From: Candidatus Multivoradales bacterium
GTDB taxonomy: Bacteria > Acidobacteriota > Thermoanaerobaculia > Multivoradales > J023
Assembly (NCBI GenBank): GCA_965248925.1
Contig: CBDFLE010000005.1
Coordinates: forward strand, 128,001 to 192,000
Length of the DNA: 64,000 nt
Direction of reading: 5' to 3'
Within the stretch, counting starts at the first letter, position 1. Each line of letters starts with the position of its first letter. The notes under the pieces are model-generated. The model had not been told where the DNA came from. It did no database searches and worked only from the letters and a program-made list of their open reading frames with translations. The position numbers and the translations under genes are program-made. Below, piece by piece: positions 25,985 to 36,540 of the stretch.

Positions 25985-28111
25985 ATGCACATACCACGTT
26001 CTCGCACCCGTTCACCGCACTCCGCTCAGCAGCCGGGGTCTCTATTCCGTCAGGCAATTTGGATTCTGCTGCTGGCCGCTTTGGGCCCGGCGATGGCCAG
26101 CGCGGCGGGCCTGCTGGTCGCCGAGGGAGGCTTTGGCGGCGTGTTGGAGATCGAAGAGCACGATGTCCAGGTGACGATCAACAACGGCGTCGCGGTGACC
26201 ACGGTGGAGCAGGTGTTCCGCAACTTGGAGGATCGCCAGGTCGAGGCTCTCTACACTTTTCCAGTGCCCAAGGGCGCCTCGGTGGCCAACTTCAGTATGT
26301 GGATCGGCGGCAAGGAAATGGTCGGCGAGGTGCTGGAGAAGGAGCGCGCGCGGCAGATATACGATAGCTACAAACGTCAGCGCCGAGATCCTGGCCTGCT
26401 TGAGCAGGTGGATTTCAAGACCTTCGAGATGCGCATCTTCCCCATTGCCGCGCGAGCCGAGCAGCGTATCGAGATTACCTATTACCAAGAACTACAGGTC
26501 GACGATCATTGGGCCACCTATGTCTATCCGCTGGCCACTGTGGCCCACGAAGGGCGCGGCTCGGCTACTCGCGGCAGCTTTGCGGTCAATTTCGAGGTGC
26601 TTTCTGAGATTCCGATTGCCGAGATGATGAGCCCTAGCCACGGTGGGGATTTTGTTGTCGCCGAGCATGATCCGAGTCTCTGGCAGGCTTCTCTCGAAAC
26701 CCAAGGCGGCGATCTCAACCGCGATGTGGTGCTGGCTTACCGGCTGGCGCGACCGGTGACTGGCATCAATTTGGTGGCCTCGCGGGCCAATCCGCAGGAA
26801 GACGGTTTCTTTTTGCTCACCCTGACCACCGGTGAGAATCTGGACGCCAAGGTGGAGAGAGGTTCGGACTATGTCTTTGTCTTGGATATCTCGGGCTCGA
26901 TGGACAACGACGGCAAGCTGGCCTTGTCGCGGCGCTCGCTCGGCGCTTTCATCGACGTGCTGGCGGCAGAGGACCGCTTCGAGGTCATCACCTTCAATGT
27001 CTCTGCCAATGCCCTATTTGGCGATCTGCGGCCGGGCGATGCGCGCAGCAAGCAGCTGGCGAACGAGTTTCTCGACTCGCAGAAGGCTCGTGGTGGCACC
27101 ATGCTGGAGCCGGCGATTCGCGGTGCCTATAACTACAAAGCAGCCGATCGTCCGCTCAATGTGGTGATTCTCTCGGATGGCATGACCGAGGCCGGTGAAC
27201 GTGCCACTTTGCTGGCATTGGCCGCTGAGCGCCCCGCCGGCAGTCGCCTATTTACCATCGGCGTGGGCAATGAGGTCAACCGGCCGCTGTTGGAGCAGTT
27301 GGCTGAGGATGCAGGCGGACTGGCGGCTTTCGTCTCGCGCGGGGCTGACTTCGCTCGCCAAGCGCAGGCTTTCCGCCGCAAGTTGATGCGGCCAGTGGCG
27401 ACCAACGTGTCGATCGATCTCGAAGGGGCGGAGGTTAGCGGATTGGCTCCCGAGGGGCTGCCGAATCTCTACCACGGGGTGCCGCTGCGGCTCTACGGTC
27501 GCTATCGCAAGGCTGGGCCGGTGCGGGTGCGGCTGGCGGCGGCGATCGGCGGCGAGGAGTTCGAGCAGGTGGTCGAGTTCGACCTGCCGCAGCGAGCTGA
27601 CAATCCGGAAATCGAACGCATGTGGGCCTTCGAGCGCATCGACGATCTGCTCGCCGAGGGGGATCGTCGGGGTTCTCGCCGCTCGGTGATCGATGAAGTG
27701 GTACGGCTCGGCGAGGCTTTCTCGATCGTCACCGAGTACACCTCCTTTATCGTGCTCGAGAACGACGCCGAGTACCAACGATGGAAGATCGAACGGCGCA
27801 ACGTTCTGCGGCTGGCCCGCGACCGGTCTCGCCAAGCTGAAGTCCGCCAGCGCATCGAAACTCTGCGCCGCGGGGTGTCCGCTGATCTCGGGCCGGTACG
27901 TCCAGGAACGAAAGCGAAGACCGCGCCGCAGCTGGCTGCTGCCAACAAGCCGCTGCCGACCCCGAGCGCCGGCGGACCTGCGAGTAACCGACCCACCCGC
28001 CGGAACCGTGGCGACCTGCCGAGTTTCGGGGGTGGTGCCTTTGATTCGCTGACCGCGCTTGTGGTGTTAGCCATGGGGATGCTGTTCTGGTGGGGCCGGC
28101 GGTGGAATTGA
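25985..28111 (+). CDS. Secreted VIT + vWA domain protein with GlyGly-CTERM-like sorting signal
   Basis: Signal peptide; VIT (EALYTFPVPKGA, DPGLLEQ); vWA MIDAS FVLDISGSM, ILSDG; C-terminal FGGGAFD-TM-GRRWN. Confidence 0.85.
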   Translation: MHIPRSRTRSPHSAQQPGSLFRQAIWILLLAALGPAMASAAGLLVAEGGFGGVLEIEEHDVQVTINNGVAVTTVEQVFRNLEDRQVEALYTFPVPKGASVANFSMWIGGKEMVGEVLEKERARQIYDSYKRQRRDPGLLEQVDFKTFEMRIFPIAARAEQRIEITYYQELQVDDHWATYVYPLATVAHEGRGSATRGSFAVNFEVLSEIPIAEMMSPSHGGDFVVAEHDPSLWQASLETQGGDLNRDVVLAYRLARPVTGINLVASRANPQEDGFFLLTLTTGENLDAKVERGSDYVFVLDISGSMDNDGKLALSRRSLGAFIDVLAAEDRFEVITFNVSANALFGDLRPGDARSKQLANEFLDSQKARGGTMLEPAIRGAYNYKAADRPLNVVILSDGMTEAGERATLLALAAERPAGSRLFTIGVGNEVNRPLLEQLAEDAGGLAAFVSRGADFARQAQAFRRKLMRPVATNVSIDLEGAEVSGLAPEGLPNLYHGVPLRLYGRYRKAGPVRVRLAAAIGGEEFEQVVEFDLPQRADNPEIERMWAFERIDDLLAEGDRRGSRRSVIDEVVRLGEAFSIVTEYTSFIVLENDAEYQRWKIERRNVLRLARDRSRQAEVRQRIETLRRGVSADLGPVRPGTKAKTAPQLAAANKPLPTPSAGGPASNRPTRRNRGDLPSFGGGAFDSLTALVVLAMGMLFWWGRRWN

Positions 28112-28731
28112 CCGTCCAGCGACTGCTGATACCTAGCAGGCAGACGGCCGAACTCGCGGCGGTGCGGTTCGGCCGTTGGCCTTGGGCGACTCTGTTCTTG
28201 GCCGCCGCCGCCCTGCTCGCCCATCTGCAGCCGACGACCACTCTCGCCTGGCAGTGGCAGCGGGATCTGCTGGCTACTCAGCCGTGGCGCTTGCTGACCG
28301 GCCATCTCACCCATTGGGGTGCTGAGCATCTGTTCTGGGACTTGCTGATCTTGCTGGTGGCGGGTGCAGCCTTGGAGCGGATCAGTCGCCGCCGTTGGCT
28401 GTTCACGATGGTCTTGGCGGCGCCGCTGATCTCTGTGGGCTTATGGCTGTGGCAACCGCAGTTGGCGGTGTATCGCGGTTTGTCGGGAATTGATAGCGCT
28501 CTGGTCGCCGCCTGGTGTGCCAGCTGGGTGGTCGAGGGGCGTCGGCGTGGCTCGGTGCAGCAAGTCGCCTTGGGCTTGATCGGCCTTGCTGGCCTGTTCG
28601 CCAAGCTACTCTTTGAGACCGCCAGTGGTGATGCCCTCTTCGTGGCCACCGCTGCGGCTGGTTTTGTCGCTGTGCCCTTCGCTCATGTCCTCGGTGGTCT
28701 TTGTGGTTTGGGGGGCAATGTTCTTCGGTGA
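28108..28731 (+). CDS. Rhombosortase (rhomboid family intramembrane protease)
   Basis: QPWRLLTGHLTH, HLFWD, YRGLSG, AHVLG; TTGA overlap with upstream stop. Confidence 0.85.
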   Translation: MTVQRLLIPSRQTAELAAVRFGRWPWATLFLAAAALLAHLQPTTTLAWQWQRDLLATQPWRLLTGHLTHWGAEHLFWDLLILLVAGAALERISRRRWLFTMVLAAPLISVGLWLWQPQLAVYRGLSGIDSALVAAWCASWVVEGRRRGSVQQVALGLIGLAGLFAKLLFETASGDALFVATAAAGFVAVPFAHVLGGLCGLGGNVLR

Positions 28732-28786
28732 GGGATGAATATCTGCCGGGGGCAACCGTAAAGCTCCGGCAGGAGGACACCCCGCA

Positions 28787-29500
28787 ATGCAAAACAACAG
28801 CCTGGGTCGCTTGCTCTCTGTTTTCGTGCAGCCGACCCAGACGTTCCAATCGATCGCTGCCCGGCCAACCTGGATAATCGCCTTGATCGTCACTTCGTTG
28901 CTGTCGCTGGCGGCGATGGCGGTGATTGTGCCGAAGATCGATTGGGAGCAGAATATCCGCAAATCCTTGGCCGAAAGCGCGGTCGAACTCGACGCCGAGC
29001 AGATCGAGAGCCAAATCGAGGTCGTTGAGAAGTTCGGCGGGGCTACAGCCTATGTTTGGTCGGGAATGGCCCCTTGGCTGTTCTTCCCGATCGTCGCACT
29101 GCTTTTCTGGGGTCTATTCAGGATGGTCGGTGGGCAGTTGAGTTTTAGCCAGAGTCTGGCGGTGACTGCCCATGGCTATCTTCCCGGATTGCTCAAGCTG
29201 CTGCTTAGCTTGCCGGTGGTCTGGCGGATGTCGACTCTCGATGTGGACGCCTTCCAAAGCGGCGGTTTCCTACTCTCAAATCTCGGCTTCCTGGCTGGCG
29301 ATGAGGCTACTGACGTGGTCCGAGCCTTGCTGACGAGCGCCGACGTTTTCAGCCTGTGGACCCTTGTTTTGTTGGTGATCGGTTTTACCATCACCGCTAA
29401 AGTTTCGCGAGGTACCGCGGTGCTCTGTGTCGGTTGCTTGTGGTCGGTGGGTGTTGGGCTCAAGGTGGTTTTGGCGCTGGTTGGCCAAGTCTTCGGCTAG
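28787..29500 (+). CDS. Yip1 family membrane protein
   Basis: VFVQPTQTFQSIAARPTW, multiple TM helices, DVFSLW; upstream of exporter genes. Confidence 0.75.
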   Translation: MQNNSLGRLLSVFVQPTQTFQSIAARPTWIIALIVTSLLSLAAMAVIVPKIDWEQNIRKSLAESAVELDAEQIESQIEVVEKFGGATAYVWSGMAPWLFFPIVALLFWGLFRMVGGQLSFSQSLAVTAHGYLPGLLKLLLSLPVVWRMSTLDVDAFQSGGFLLSNLGFLAGDEATDVVRALLTSADVFSLWTLVLLVIGFTITAKVSRGTAVLCVGCLWSVGVGLKVVLALVGQVFG

Positions 29501-29514
29501 CAGCCGGTGGAGAG

Positions 29515-30756
29515 ATGACGGCAATGAAGAAAGTCTTTTTGATCGGAGTGATAGTTCTAGGGCTAGGAGCGCTGGTGTTCTTTAGCATCCATTCATCGGG
29601 CGGCGGCGGCAAGAGCATCAAAGTCTATGCTCACCCGGCGGAGCAGCGGCGGATCTCGCAAGTGGTCAAGGCCGGGGGCCAGTTGACGCCGCGGGTGAAG
29701 GTCGATATCTCGGCCCACGTGGTGGCCAAGATTGAGCATCTCTATGTCAAGGAAGGCGATGAACTGGTGGTTGGTCAGCCCTTTCTCGACTTGGAGAAGA
29801 AGGCTTTTCTGGCGGCTCGCGATCGAGCGGAGGCCCAGTTAGCGATCAGTCGGGTGCAGTTGCGTGAGCGCGAGGTCGACCTCACCGATGCGAAGCTAAA
29901 ACTGCGGCGAGTGCGACGCCTCGCCGCGGCTGGCATTGCCTCGGCCGAGCAGGTCGAAGACGGTGAGCTGCGGCGAAGTTCGGCTGAGCTGCGCTTGGAA
30001 CAGTTGCAGGAGGAGATTCGCCGTGCCGAGGCGGATCTCGGTAAGGCTAACGACGACCTGGAGAAAACTACTATCTACTCGCCCCTCAGCGGTCGGCTGA
30101 TTGCGCTCAACGCGGAAGCCGGCGAAGTGGTGGTCTCCGGCACGATGAACAACTCCGGCTCAGTGATCGGCACGGTGGCGGATCTCTCTGAGATTTTGCT
30201 CGAAGTGGATGTTGACGAGACTGAGATTGTCGAGTTGGCGATTGGTCAGCCGGCCAAGGTACTAGTCGATGCCCTACCCAACAGAGAAATGAAGGGTCGG
30301 GTGGTGGAGATTGGCAGCTCGGGCTATGAACGTTCGCAGCAGCGCGACGTAGTGTTCTTCAAGGTCAAAGTGCTGCTCGAAGACCCTGATCCGCGACTCA
30401 AACCGAGCATGTCGGCGCGGGCCGAGATCGAGGTGGCGAGGCGCGACTCGGTGCTGGTAGTGCCGATTCAATCGGTGGTCGAGCGGCCACCGGCACAGGC
30501 TGTCGAACAGGACGGGGGGGCCAGCGAGGAAGGCGAGCAGCAGCTAGTGCGCGTTGCTTTGTTGATCGAAGATGGCAAAGTAGTCGAGCGGCCGGTGGAA
30601 CTCGGTCTCGCCGATGCCACCGACGTCGAGGTGATCACGGGCGTAGAACTGGGTGAGCAGGTAATTACCGGACCCTATCGGGCATTGCGTGACTTGCAGG
30701 CTGGAGACTCGGTGGACATTCGTAGCGAGGACTCGGCAGCGAGCACCGCCGACTAG
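29515..30756 (+). CDS. Efflux transporter periplasmic adaptor (MacA/HlyD-like)
   Basis: N-terminal TM, VKEGD, coiled-coil hairpin, [22 protein letters not shown]. Confidence 0.88.
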   Translation: MTAMKKVFLIGVIVLGLGALVFFSIHSSGGGGKSIKVYAHPAEQRRISQVVKAGGQLTPRVKVDISAHVVAKIEHLYVKEGDELVVGQPFLDLEKKAFLAARDRAEAQLAISRVQLREREVDLTDAKLKLRRVRRLAAAGIASAEQVEDGELRRSSAELRLEQLQEEIRRAEADLGKANDDLEKTTIYSPLSGRLIALNAEAGEVVVSGTMNNSGSVIGTVADLSEILLEVDVDETEIVELAIGQPAKVLVDALPNREMKGRVVEIGSSGYERSQQRDVVFFKVKVLLEDPDPRLKPSMSARAEIEVARRDSVLVVPIQSVVERPPAQAVEQDGGASEEGEQQLVRVALLIEDGKVVERPVELGLADATDVEVITGVELGEQVITGPYRALRDLQAGDSVDIRSEDSAASTAD

Positions 30757-30784
30757 ACTCGGCGAAAGGACTCAAGAATACAAC

Positions 30785-31498
30785 ATGCCACTCATCCAAC
30801 TCAGCGCGGTAGAAAAAGTCTACGACATGGGGGTGGAGCAAGTTCGTGCCCTCGATGGTATCGATCTCAACATCGAGCAGGGCGACTATGTTGCCATTAT
30901 GGGCGCTTCTGGCAGCGGCAAGTCGACGCTGATGAATCTGCTCGGCTGTCTCGATACGCCGACCGCTGGCTCCTACGTGCTCAACGAGCAGGCGGTGGAG
31001 AAGCTCGATGATGAAGAGCTGGCGCGAATTCGCAATCGCGAGATCGGCTTCGTCTTTCAAACCTTCAATCTGTTGGCTCGCACTAGTGCCTTGGCCAATG
31101 TGGAGTTGCCGTTGATCTACGCTGGTGAGGGGCGGCGGCAACGGCGGGAGAAGGCCCGCCGCGCGCTCGACAGAGTTGGCCTTGGTGATCGCATCAGCCA
31201 TCAACCGAATGAACTCTCCGGTGGCCAGCGCCAGCGAGTGGCGGTGGCGCGGGCATTGGTCAACGAACCGTCGATCCTGCTGGCCGACGAACCCACGGGC
31301 AATCTCGACTCGACCACCTCGGCCGAGATTTTGGAACTTTTCGACGAGCTGCACCGAGCCGGCAATACGGTGATTTTGGTCACCCATGAGGTCGATGTGG
31401 CGGTGCATGCCCGCCGCCGCATAACCCTGCGCGACGGCAAGATTGTTGGCGACCTGACGGACTCGCCGGGCGCATTGGCAGTCAGCGAATCAGCTTAG
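30785..31498 (+). CDS. ABC transporter ATP-binding protein (MacB/LolD-like)
   Basis: [33 protein letters not shown]. Confidence 0.95.
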   Translation: MPLIQLSAVEKVYDMGVEQVRALDGIDLNIEQGDYVAIMGASGSGKSTLMNLLGCLDTPTAGSYVLNEQAVEKLDDEELARIRNREIGFVFQTFNLLARTSALANVELPLIYAGEGRRQRREKARRALDRVGLGDRISHQPNELSGGQRQRVAVARALVNEPSILLADEPTGNLDSTTSAEILELFDELHRAGNTVILVTHEVDVAVHARRRITLRDGKIVGDLTDSPGALAVSESA

Positions 31499-31513
31499 GT
31501 AGGGAGCTGCACC

Positions 31514-32734
31514 ATGCTGATATTCGAGAATTTTCGGGTCGCGCTGCAGGCCCTGCAGGCCAATAAGATGCGCTCGCTGCTCACCGTTTTGGGCATCATC
31601 ATTGGTTCGGCGGCGGTGATTGCGGTAGTTTCCATCGTCCAGGGATTGCAGCACATGATTACTCAGCAGCTGCAGGAGGTCGGCGCTACCTATGTCATGG
31701 TGTTGCCCGATTTCAGCCGCCAAGATGATCAGGTAGTCCGTCAAGTCAAGCTGACTTGGAACGATGGCGAAGCCCTGGCGCAGCAGGTGAGGGGAATACG
31801 GAACATTACCCCGGTAGTGCTCGGCGGCGGCGTGCTCAAGCATCGCGACCGCCAACATCAGGCGACCGCCGTGTTGGGAGTCAACGAGCAGTGGCCGGAA
31901 GTCAACAACTATGTCGTCGAGCGTGGTCGCTTTTTCAACCGTATCGACATGGAACGCCGTCGCAAAGTGGCGGTGGTCGGTATGACGGTGATCGAAGAAC
32001 TAGAACTCGGTCCCCAGCCAGTGGGCCAGGAAATCTATCTCGGCAGCATGCCGATGACAGTCATCGGGGTCATGGAAGAGCGCGGCCAAGTCCTGGGTCA
32101 GGACTCTGACGACTTTGTGTTCATTCCCTTTGACACCTCGCTCAGCCTGTTTGGCCGTCACAGCGGTGATTCAGTGCAGCTGCGCATGCAGGTGGTCAAC
32201 GCGGAGCAGGTGGAGGAGGTCAAAGACGGTATTCAGCGGGTCCTACGCCAGCGTCACGGCCTGGAGGCCGGGCAGAGTGACGATTTCATCGTGGTGCTGC
32301 AGGACGAGATTCTGCAAACGGTCAACCGCATCATCGGTGGGGTGACCGCTGGCGTGTCGGCGATTGTTGGAGTGGCATTGCTGGTGGCCGGCATTGGCAT
32401 CATGAACATCATGTTGGTGTCGGTGACCGAGCGCACTCGCGAGATCGGACTGCGCAAGTCTCTCGGGGCGCGGCGCAAGGACATCATGTTGCAATTCCTC
32501 GTCGAGGCAGTGGCCCTGGCCCTGGTGGGCGGCGCCCTCGGCCTGGCCCTGGGCTATGGCATTGGCGCGGTGGTCTCCAACATGCTGCCGGGCGAATGGC
32601 CGCCGGCCCACGTGCCGCTGTGGGCGGCGGTTTTGGCCTTCGGTTTCTGCGGTCTGGTGGGGGTGGTGTTCGGTATCTACCCTGCTTCACGGGCGGCCCG
32701 GCTCGACCCGATCGAGGCCTTGCGTTTCGAGTAA
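31514..32734 (+). CDS. ABC transporter permease (MacB/FtsX family)
   Basis: NKMRSLLTVLGIIIG, GIGIMNIMLVSVTERTREIG, YPASRAARLDPIEALR. Confidence 0.95.
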   Translation: MLIFENFRVALQALQANKMRSLLTVLGIIIGSAAVIAVVSIVQGLQHMITQQLQEVGATYVMVLPDFSRQDDQVVRQVKLTWNDGEALAQQVRGIRNITPVVLGGGVLKHRDRQHQATAVLGVNEQWPEVNNYVVERGRFFNRIDMERRRKVAVVGMTVIEELELGPQPVGQEIYLGSMPMTVIGVMEERGQVLGQDSDDFVFIPFDTSLSLFGRHSGDSVQLRMQVVNAEQVEEVKDGIQRVLRQRHGLEAGQSDDFIVVLQDEILQTVNRIIGGVTAGVSAIVGVALLVAGIGIMNIMLVSVTERTREIGLRKSLGARRKDIMLQFLVEAVALALVGGALGLALGYGIGAVVSNMLPGEWPPAHVPLWAAVLAFGFCGLVGVVFGIYPASRAARLDPIEALRFE

Positions 32735-33943
32735 CTCGGCCAGCGCACCGCTCAGGCTGTCGACTTCTTGCTCGGTGTTGAAGTAGTGAGGTGAGGCCCG
32801 CAGCACCCAGGCGACGCCTTTGCTATCGAAGTCGAGTAGGGCGGAGGAGCGTTCGGTGATGCTGACGTTGATCTTGCGCTGGCGTAGCCTGCGTTGCAGA
32901 TCGTAGCCGTCTGGCCAAGGGATCGAGGCGGTGACGATGGCGCAGCGCTGGCGACCACGGTCGAGCACCCGGACGCCGGGCAATGCGGCCAGGCGCTGGC
33001 GCAGCAGGTCGGCCAAGCGGCTGCTGCGGCGAGCGATCCGCTCGAGTCCCACCGCCTGGGCATAGCGGGCTGCCGTGCCGCTGGCCATCACCAGGGCATA
33101 TGCAAATTCCCAGTTCTCGAAGCGTCGCGCGTCGGCCCGTGGCCGATAGCTGTCGGGGCCGAGCCACTCGGCACCTCGCAGGTCGGGCAAGAGGGGCTCC
33201 CAGCCCGCTGCCAAGATCCGGTCCGAAGCATAGAGAAAGCCGGTGCCGCGAGGGCCACGGAGAAACTTGCGACCGGTGGTGCTGAGAAAGTCGCAGCCGA
33301 GGGCCTCGACATCGAGGGGCATCTGACCGACGGTCTGGCAGGCGTCTAGCAGGAAAGGCACTTCGGCCTCGCGGCACAGGCGACCGATCTCCGCCGCCGG
33401 TTGCACCAGGCCGGAGCTGGTGGGCACATGGGTCACCGCTGCTAGCCGCGGGCGTTTGTCGAGCAACAAACGGCGGAAGACCTCAAGATCGACCTCGCCA
33501 TCGTCGGTGTCCGGTGGGTAGAGGATCTCGATGCCGAAGCGTCGCCGCAGGGCCAGGTAGGCGAGCTGATTGGAGACATAGTCATTGCGGGTGCTCAACA
33601 GGCAGTCGCCAGCTTGCCAAGACACTGCCGTGAGCACCAGATTGAAGGCGGCGGTGGCATTCTCAACCAGTGCGATGTTGCGAGCTTGGGCGCCGATCAA
33701 GCGACCTAGATCGACATAACACTCCTCGATCTGCTGCGCCATCAGCGCCGCTGCTTCGTAGCCTCCGACACGGGTCTCTAGATGCAAATACTGCTCGATC
33801 GCCATCAGCACGGGGCGTGGCATCAGGCTGGACCCGGCGTTGTTCAGATGTACCAGGTTGGCGCAGCCGGGAGTGTCGTCGCGTAGAGCGTCGAGGTCGA
33901 AGGCGGTGGTTTCGGCGGCGGCGGAATCGATAAAGTCAAGCAT
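32687..33943 (-). CDS. Class V PLP-dependent aminotransferase (cysteine desulfurase/EgtE-like)
   Basis: HLNNAGSS, LDACQTVGQ, TGRKFLRGPRGTG, RASPHYFNT. Confidence 0.88.
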   Translation of the reverse strand: MLDFIDSAAAETTAFDLDALRDDTPGCANLVHLNNAGSSLMPRPVLMAIEQYLHLETRVGGYEAAALMAQQIEECYVDLGRLIGAQARNIALVENATAAFNLVLTAVSWQAGDCLLSTRNDYVSNQLAYLALRRRFGIEILYPPDTDDGEVDLEVFRRLLLDKRPRLAAVTHVPTSSGLVQPAAEIGRLCREAEVPFLLDACQTVGQMPLDVEALGCDFLSTTGRKFLRGPRGTGFLYASDRILAAGWEPLLPDLRGAEWLGPDSYRPRADARRFENWEFAYALVMASGTAARYAQAVGLERIARRSSRLADLLRQRLAALPGVRVLDRGRQRCAIVTASIPWPDGYDLQRRLRQRKINVSITERSSALLDFDSKGVAWVLRASPHYFNTEQEVDSLSGALAELLETQGLDRVEPGRP

Positions 33944-34036
33944 AGGCGTCCTTCCCAAGGGGATGAGCAAAAGAGATGCTGGAGACGTTATCATCGTCAG
34001 GCCGGCATTCAGGCGAGTCCGAAGAGAGTCAAACTC

Positions 34037-35200
34037 ATGCCAACCATCGATCACACCTTTATCACCGAGACCCTGCAACAGCTAGTGCGGATCAACTCGG
34101 TCAACCCCAGTTTGTCTACCGCCGGGCCAGGCGAGGCCGAGATCGCCGCCTATGTCGAGCCGCTGATGGCGGCGATCAGTTTGCGGGCTCGGGTCCACAC
34201 CGCGGCGCCGGGGCGTTTGAGCGTGGTCGGTCGCCGGGTGGGTCGTGGTGGTGGCCGTTCGCTGATGCTCAATGCTCACTACGACACCGTGGGCGTGGAG
34301 GAGATGCCTGAGCCCTTCTCGGCTGAGATTCACGACGATTGCCTGTGGGGCCGCGGTGCCTACGACATGAAGGGCAGCCTGGCGGCTTGCCTGGGGGCTG
34401 CCAAGGCACTGGCCGACGCTGGTATCGAATTGGCCGGAGACCTGTTGATCGCCGCAGTGGCCGACGAAGAGCATGCCAGCCTGGGGACGATCGACTTGCT
34501 GCCGCGCTATCCGGTTGATGGGGCGATTGTTACTGAACCCAGTGCTCTGGGACTGTGTCGGGCGCATAAGGGTTTTGTGTGGTTGCAGATCGAGATCGCC
34601 GGCCGCGCCGCCCATGGCAGCCAGTGGCAGCTGGGGTTGGATGCCAACCTGAAGATGGGTCGGGTGCTGGTCGGGCTCGAAGAGTTGTCGGCCGAGATCA
34701 GCCGGCAGCAGCATCCCCTACTTGGTGGCGCCAGCCTGCATGTCGGCCTGCTCGAAGGTGGCACCGCGCCGAGTGTTTATGCGGCAAACTCCCGGCTTAC
34801 CGTCGAACGGCGGACCTTGCCGGGCGAAACGGAAGCACTGGCGATGAGGGAGGTCGAGGGGCTGCTGGCGCGGCTGCGAGACGAAGACTCAGAGTTGGTA
34901 GCCACGGTGCGTCCGCTGTTGACCCGAGAACCGTTTGAGGTCGCCGCCGACTCACCCATCGTGTTGGCGACCGCCGCCGCCGGCCAGCGGGTGAGGGGTG
35001 AGCCGCTCGCCCATGTTGGCGAGGGGCCGTGGATGGACTCGGCGCTGCTGGCCGCCGCCGGCGTCGATACAGTGGTGCTGGGGCCAGCGGGCGGCGGGGC
35101 GCATTCGCGGCGGGAGTGGGTTGAGTTGGAGTCTGTCTTCACCCTGGCCGAGATCCTCGCCGAGACGGCCATCGAATACTGCGGTACCAGCAGCCGCTGA
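34037..35200 (+). CDS. M20 family ArgE/DapE-like deacylase
   Basis: LNAHYDTV, GRGAYDMKG, ADEE, VTEP, GRAAHGS, GAH. Confidence 0.9.
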   Translation: MPTIDHTFITETLQQLVRINSVNPSLSTAGPGEAEIAAYVEPLMAAISLRARVHTAAPGRLSVVGRRVGRGGGRSLMLNAHYDTVGVEEMPEPFSAEIHDDCLWGRGAYDMKGSLAACLGAAKALADAGIELAGDLLIAAVADEEHASLGTIDLLPRYPVDGAIVTEPSALGLCRAHKGFVWLQIEIAGRAAHGSQWQLGLDANLKMGRVLVGLEELSAEISRQQHPLLGGASLHVGLLEGGTAPSVYAANSRLTVERRTLPGETEALAMREVEGLLARLRDEDSELVATVRPLLTREPFEVAADSPIVLATAAAGQRVRGEPLAHVGEGPWMDSALLAAAGVDTVVLGPAGGGAHSRREWVELESVFTLAEILAETAIEYCGTSSR

Positions 35201-35216
35201 GCGGCCCGAGCGAACC

Positions 35217-35912
35217 ATGCGCCGCGCCGATCGTCTATTTCAGATCGTCCACAAACTGCGCCGCAATCGGGTGTTGACCGCCAGTCGCTTGGCCGCCGAG
35301 CTGGAAGTCTCCGAGCGTACTATTTACCGCGACCTGCGAGTGCTGTCGTCGAGCGGGCTTCAGATCGAGGGTGAGGCAGGGGTGGGCTACCGGTTGCGGG
35401 ACTGGGATCTGCCGCCACTGATGTTCGATCGCGAGGAAATCGAAGCCTTGGTCTTCGGCGTGCGGATCGTGCGCAGTTGGGCGGATCCAGATCTCGCGGA
35501 GGCAGCCCAGAGGGTGTTGTCGAAGGTCGAAGCGGTGTTGCCGGACGAACGCGAAGCGGATCTCCGGGAGACCGCTCTATTCGCACCACGCCTGGTCCCT
35601 GGGCCGCCGATAGCAGAAAACCTGGTGCGACTGCGCGGGGCTATTCGCGAGCGTCGCAAAGTGCGTTTCGCCTATTTCGATGCTCAGGGTGAAGGCAGTG
35701 AGCGAGTGGTCTGGCCGCTGGGGATGGTGTTCTATGGTCCCACCTGGAACGTCGCTAGCTGGTGTGAGCTGCGTCTCGCCTTTCGCGCTTTCAGACCCGA
35801 TCGCATGCGCCGCCTAGAGGTGCTCGGCGAGCACTTCGAGGCGACCGCGGGTCGCACCATGGACGACTATCTCAAGTTGGTGGGCTGCGATGAAAGAGGA
35901 CACTTGTCCTGA
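35217..35912 (+). CDS. YafY family HTH-WYL transcriptional regulator
   Basis: MRRADRLFQI, LEVSERTIYRD, GEAGVGY, WCELRLAFRAFRPDRM. Confidence 0.92.
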   Translation: MRRADRLFQIVHKLRRNRVLTASRLAAELEVSERTIYRDLRVLSSSGLQIEGEAGVGYRLRDWDLPPLMFDREEIEALVFGVRIVRSWADPDLAEAAQRVLSKVEAVLPDEREADLRETALFAPRLVPGPPIAENLVRLRGAIRERRKVRFAYFDAQGEGSERVVWPLGMVFYGPTWNVASWCELRLAFRAFRPDRMRRLEVLGEHFEATAGRTMDDYLKLVGCDERGHLS

Positions 35913-35942
35913 GCCTCAGCTTGCGGAGTCGCGCTCCAGGGT

Positions 35943-36428
35943 TCAGGCCGTGGCTTCGGTTGCCTCCATGTAAGGCATCGCTGGCTGGCGGCCGCACAAC
36001 CGCGAATAGACGGTCAGAGCTCCTCGGTGGTGAGCGCTGTGGTCGACGATTGCGCCCACCACTGCCGCCCGTGGTAGGCCGCCCATGATCGGACCCTCGG
36101 GCAGGGGGGCCGCCAAGTCTTCATCGCTCAAGTCTCTCAGCTGCTCGCTCCAAGCGGCGAAAGCACGCTCAACCCATGCCCGAGCCTCCTTCAAGGTCTC
36201 TATCTTGGCGATCAACTTGCCGTGCTCTGCGAAGTTCATGTCGAAGCCCTCGGCGCCAAAAGCACCGTCGCGGAACCAATCCAAGGTGTGAGCGACGTGC
36301 TGCGCGGCGGTCATCATGCCGGGAGCTGGCGCGAAAGCGGCGTCAGCCTCCTGCAAGCAGCGGCTTGAGCGTTCGAAGTAGTCCTGAGTGACCTGTAGCT
36401 CGGCGAGTGACGCTGGGCGAGTGCTCAT
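35943..36428 (-). CDS. DinB family protein
   Basis: FAPAPGMMTAAQHVAH, DHSAHHRGALTVYSRL; AGGAG RBS. Confidence 0.85.
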   Translation of the reverse strand: MSTRPASLAELQVTQDYFERSSRCLQEADAAFAPAPGMMTAAQHVAHTLDWFRDGAFGAEGFDMNFAEHGKLIAKIETLKEARAWVERAFAAWSEQLRDLSDEDLAAPLPEGPIMGGLPRAAVVGAIVDHSAHHRGALTVYSRLCGRQPAMPYMEATEATA

Positions 36429-36497
36429 GGTGAGAGTTTCTCCTGTCATCAGTGGATAGTCGGCCAGTGGTCCGAGGTGTAAGTGTGGCATGAGTAC

Positions 36498-36517
36498 CCT
36501 GACAGCGTGGTGTCAGG
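36498..36517. promoter_or_regulatory. Perfect inverted repeat CCTGACA-N6-TGTCAGG, candidate WYL-regulator binding site upstream of the DinB-family gene
   Basis: Read directly; ~70 bp upstream of the DinB start; WYL regulator gene adjacent. Confidence 0.7.
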
Positions 36518-36540
36518 AGAGGTTCGGCGATGGCCAGGAG

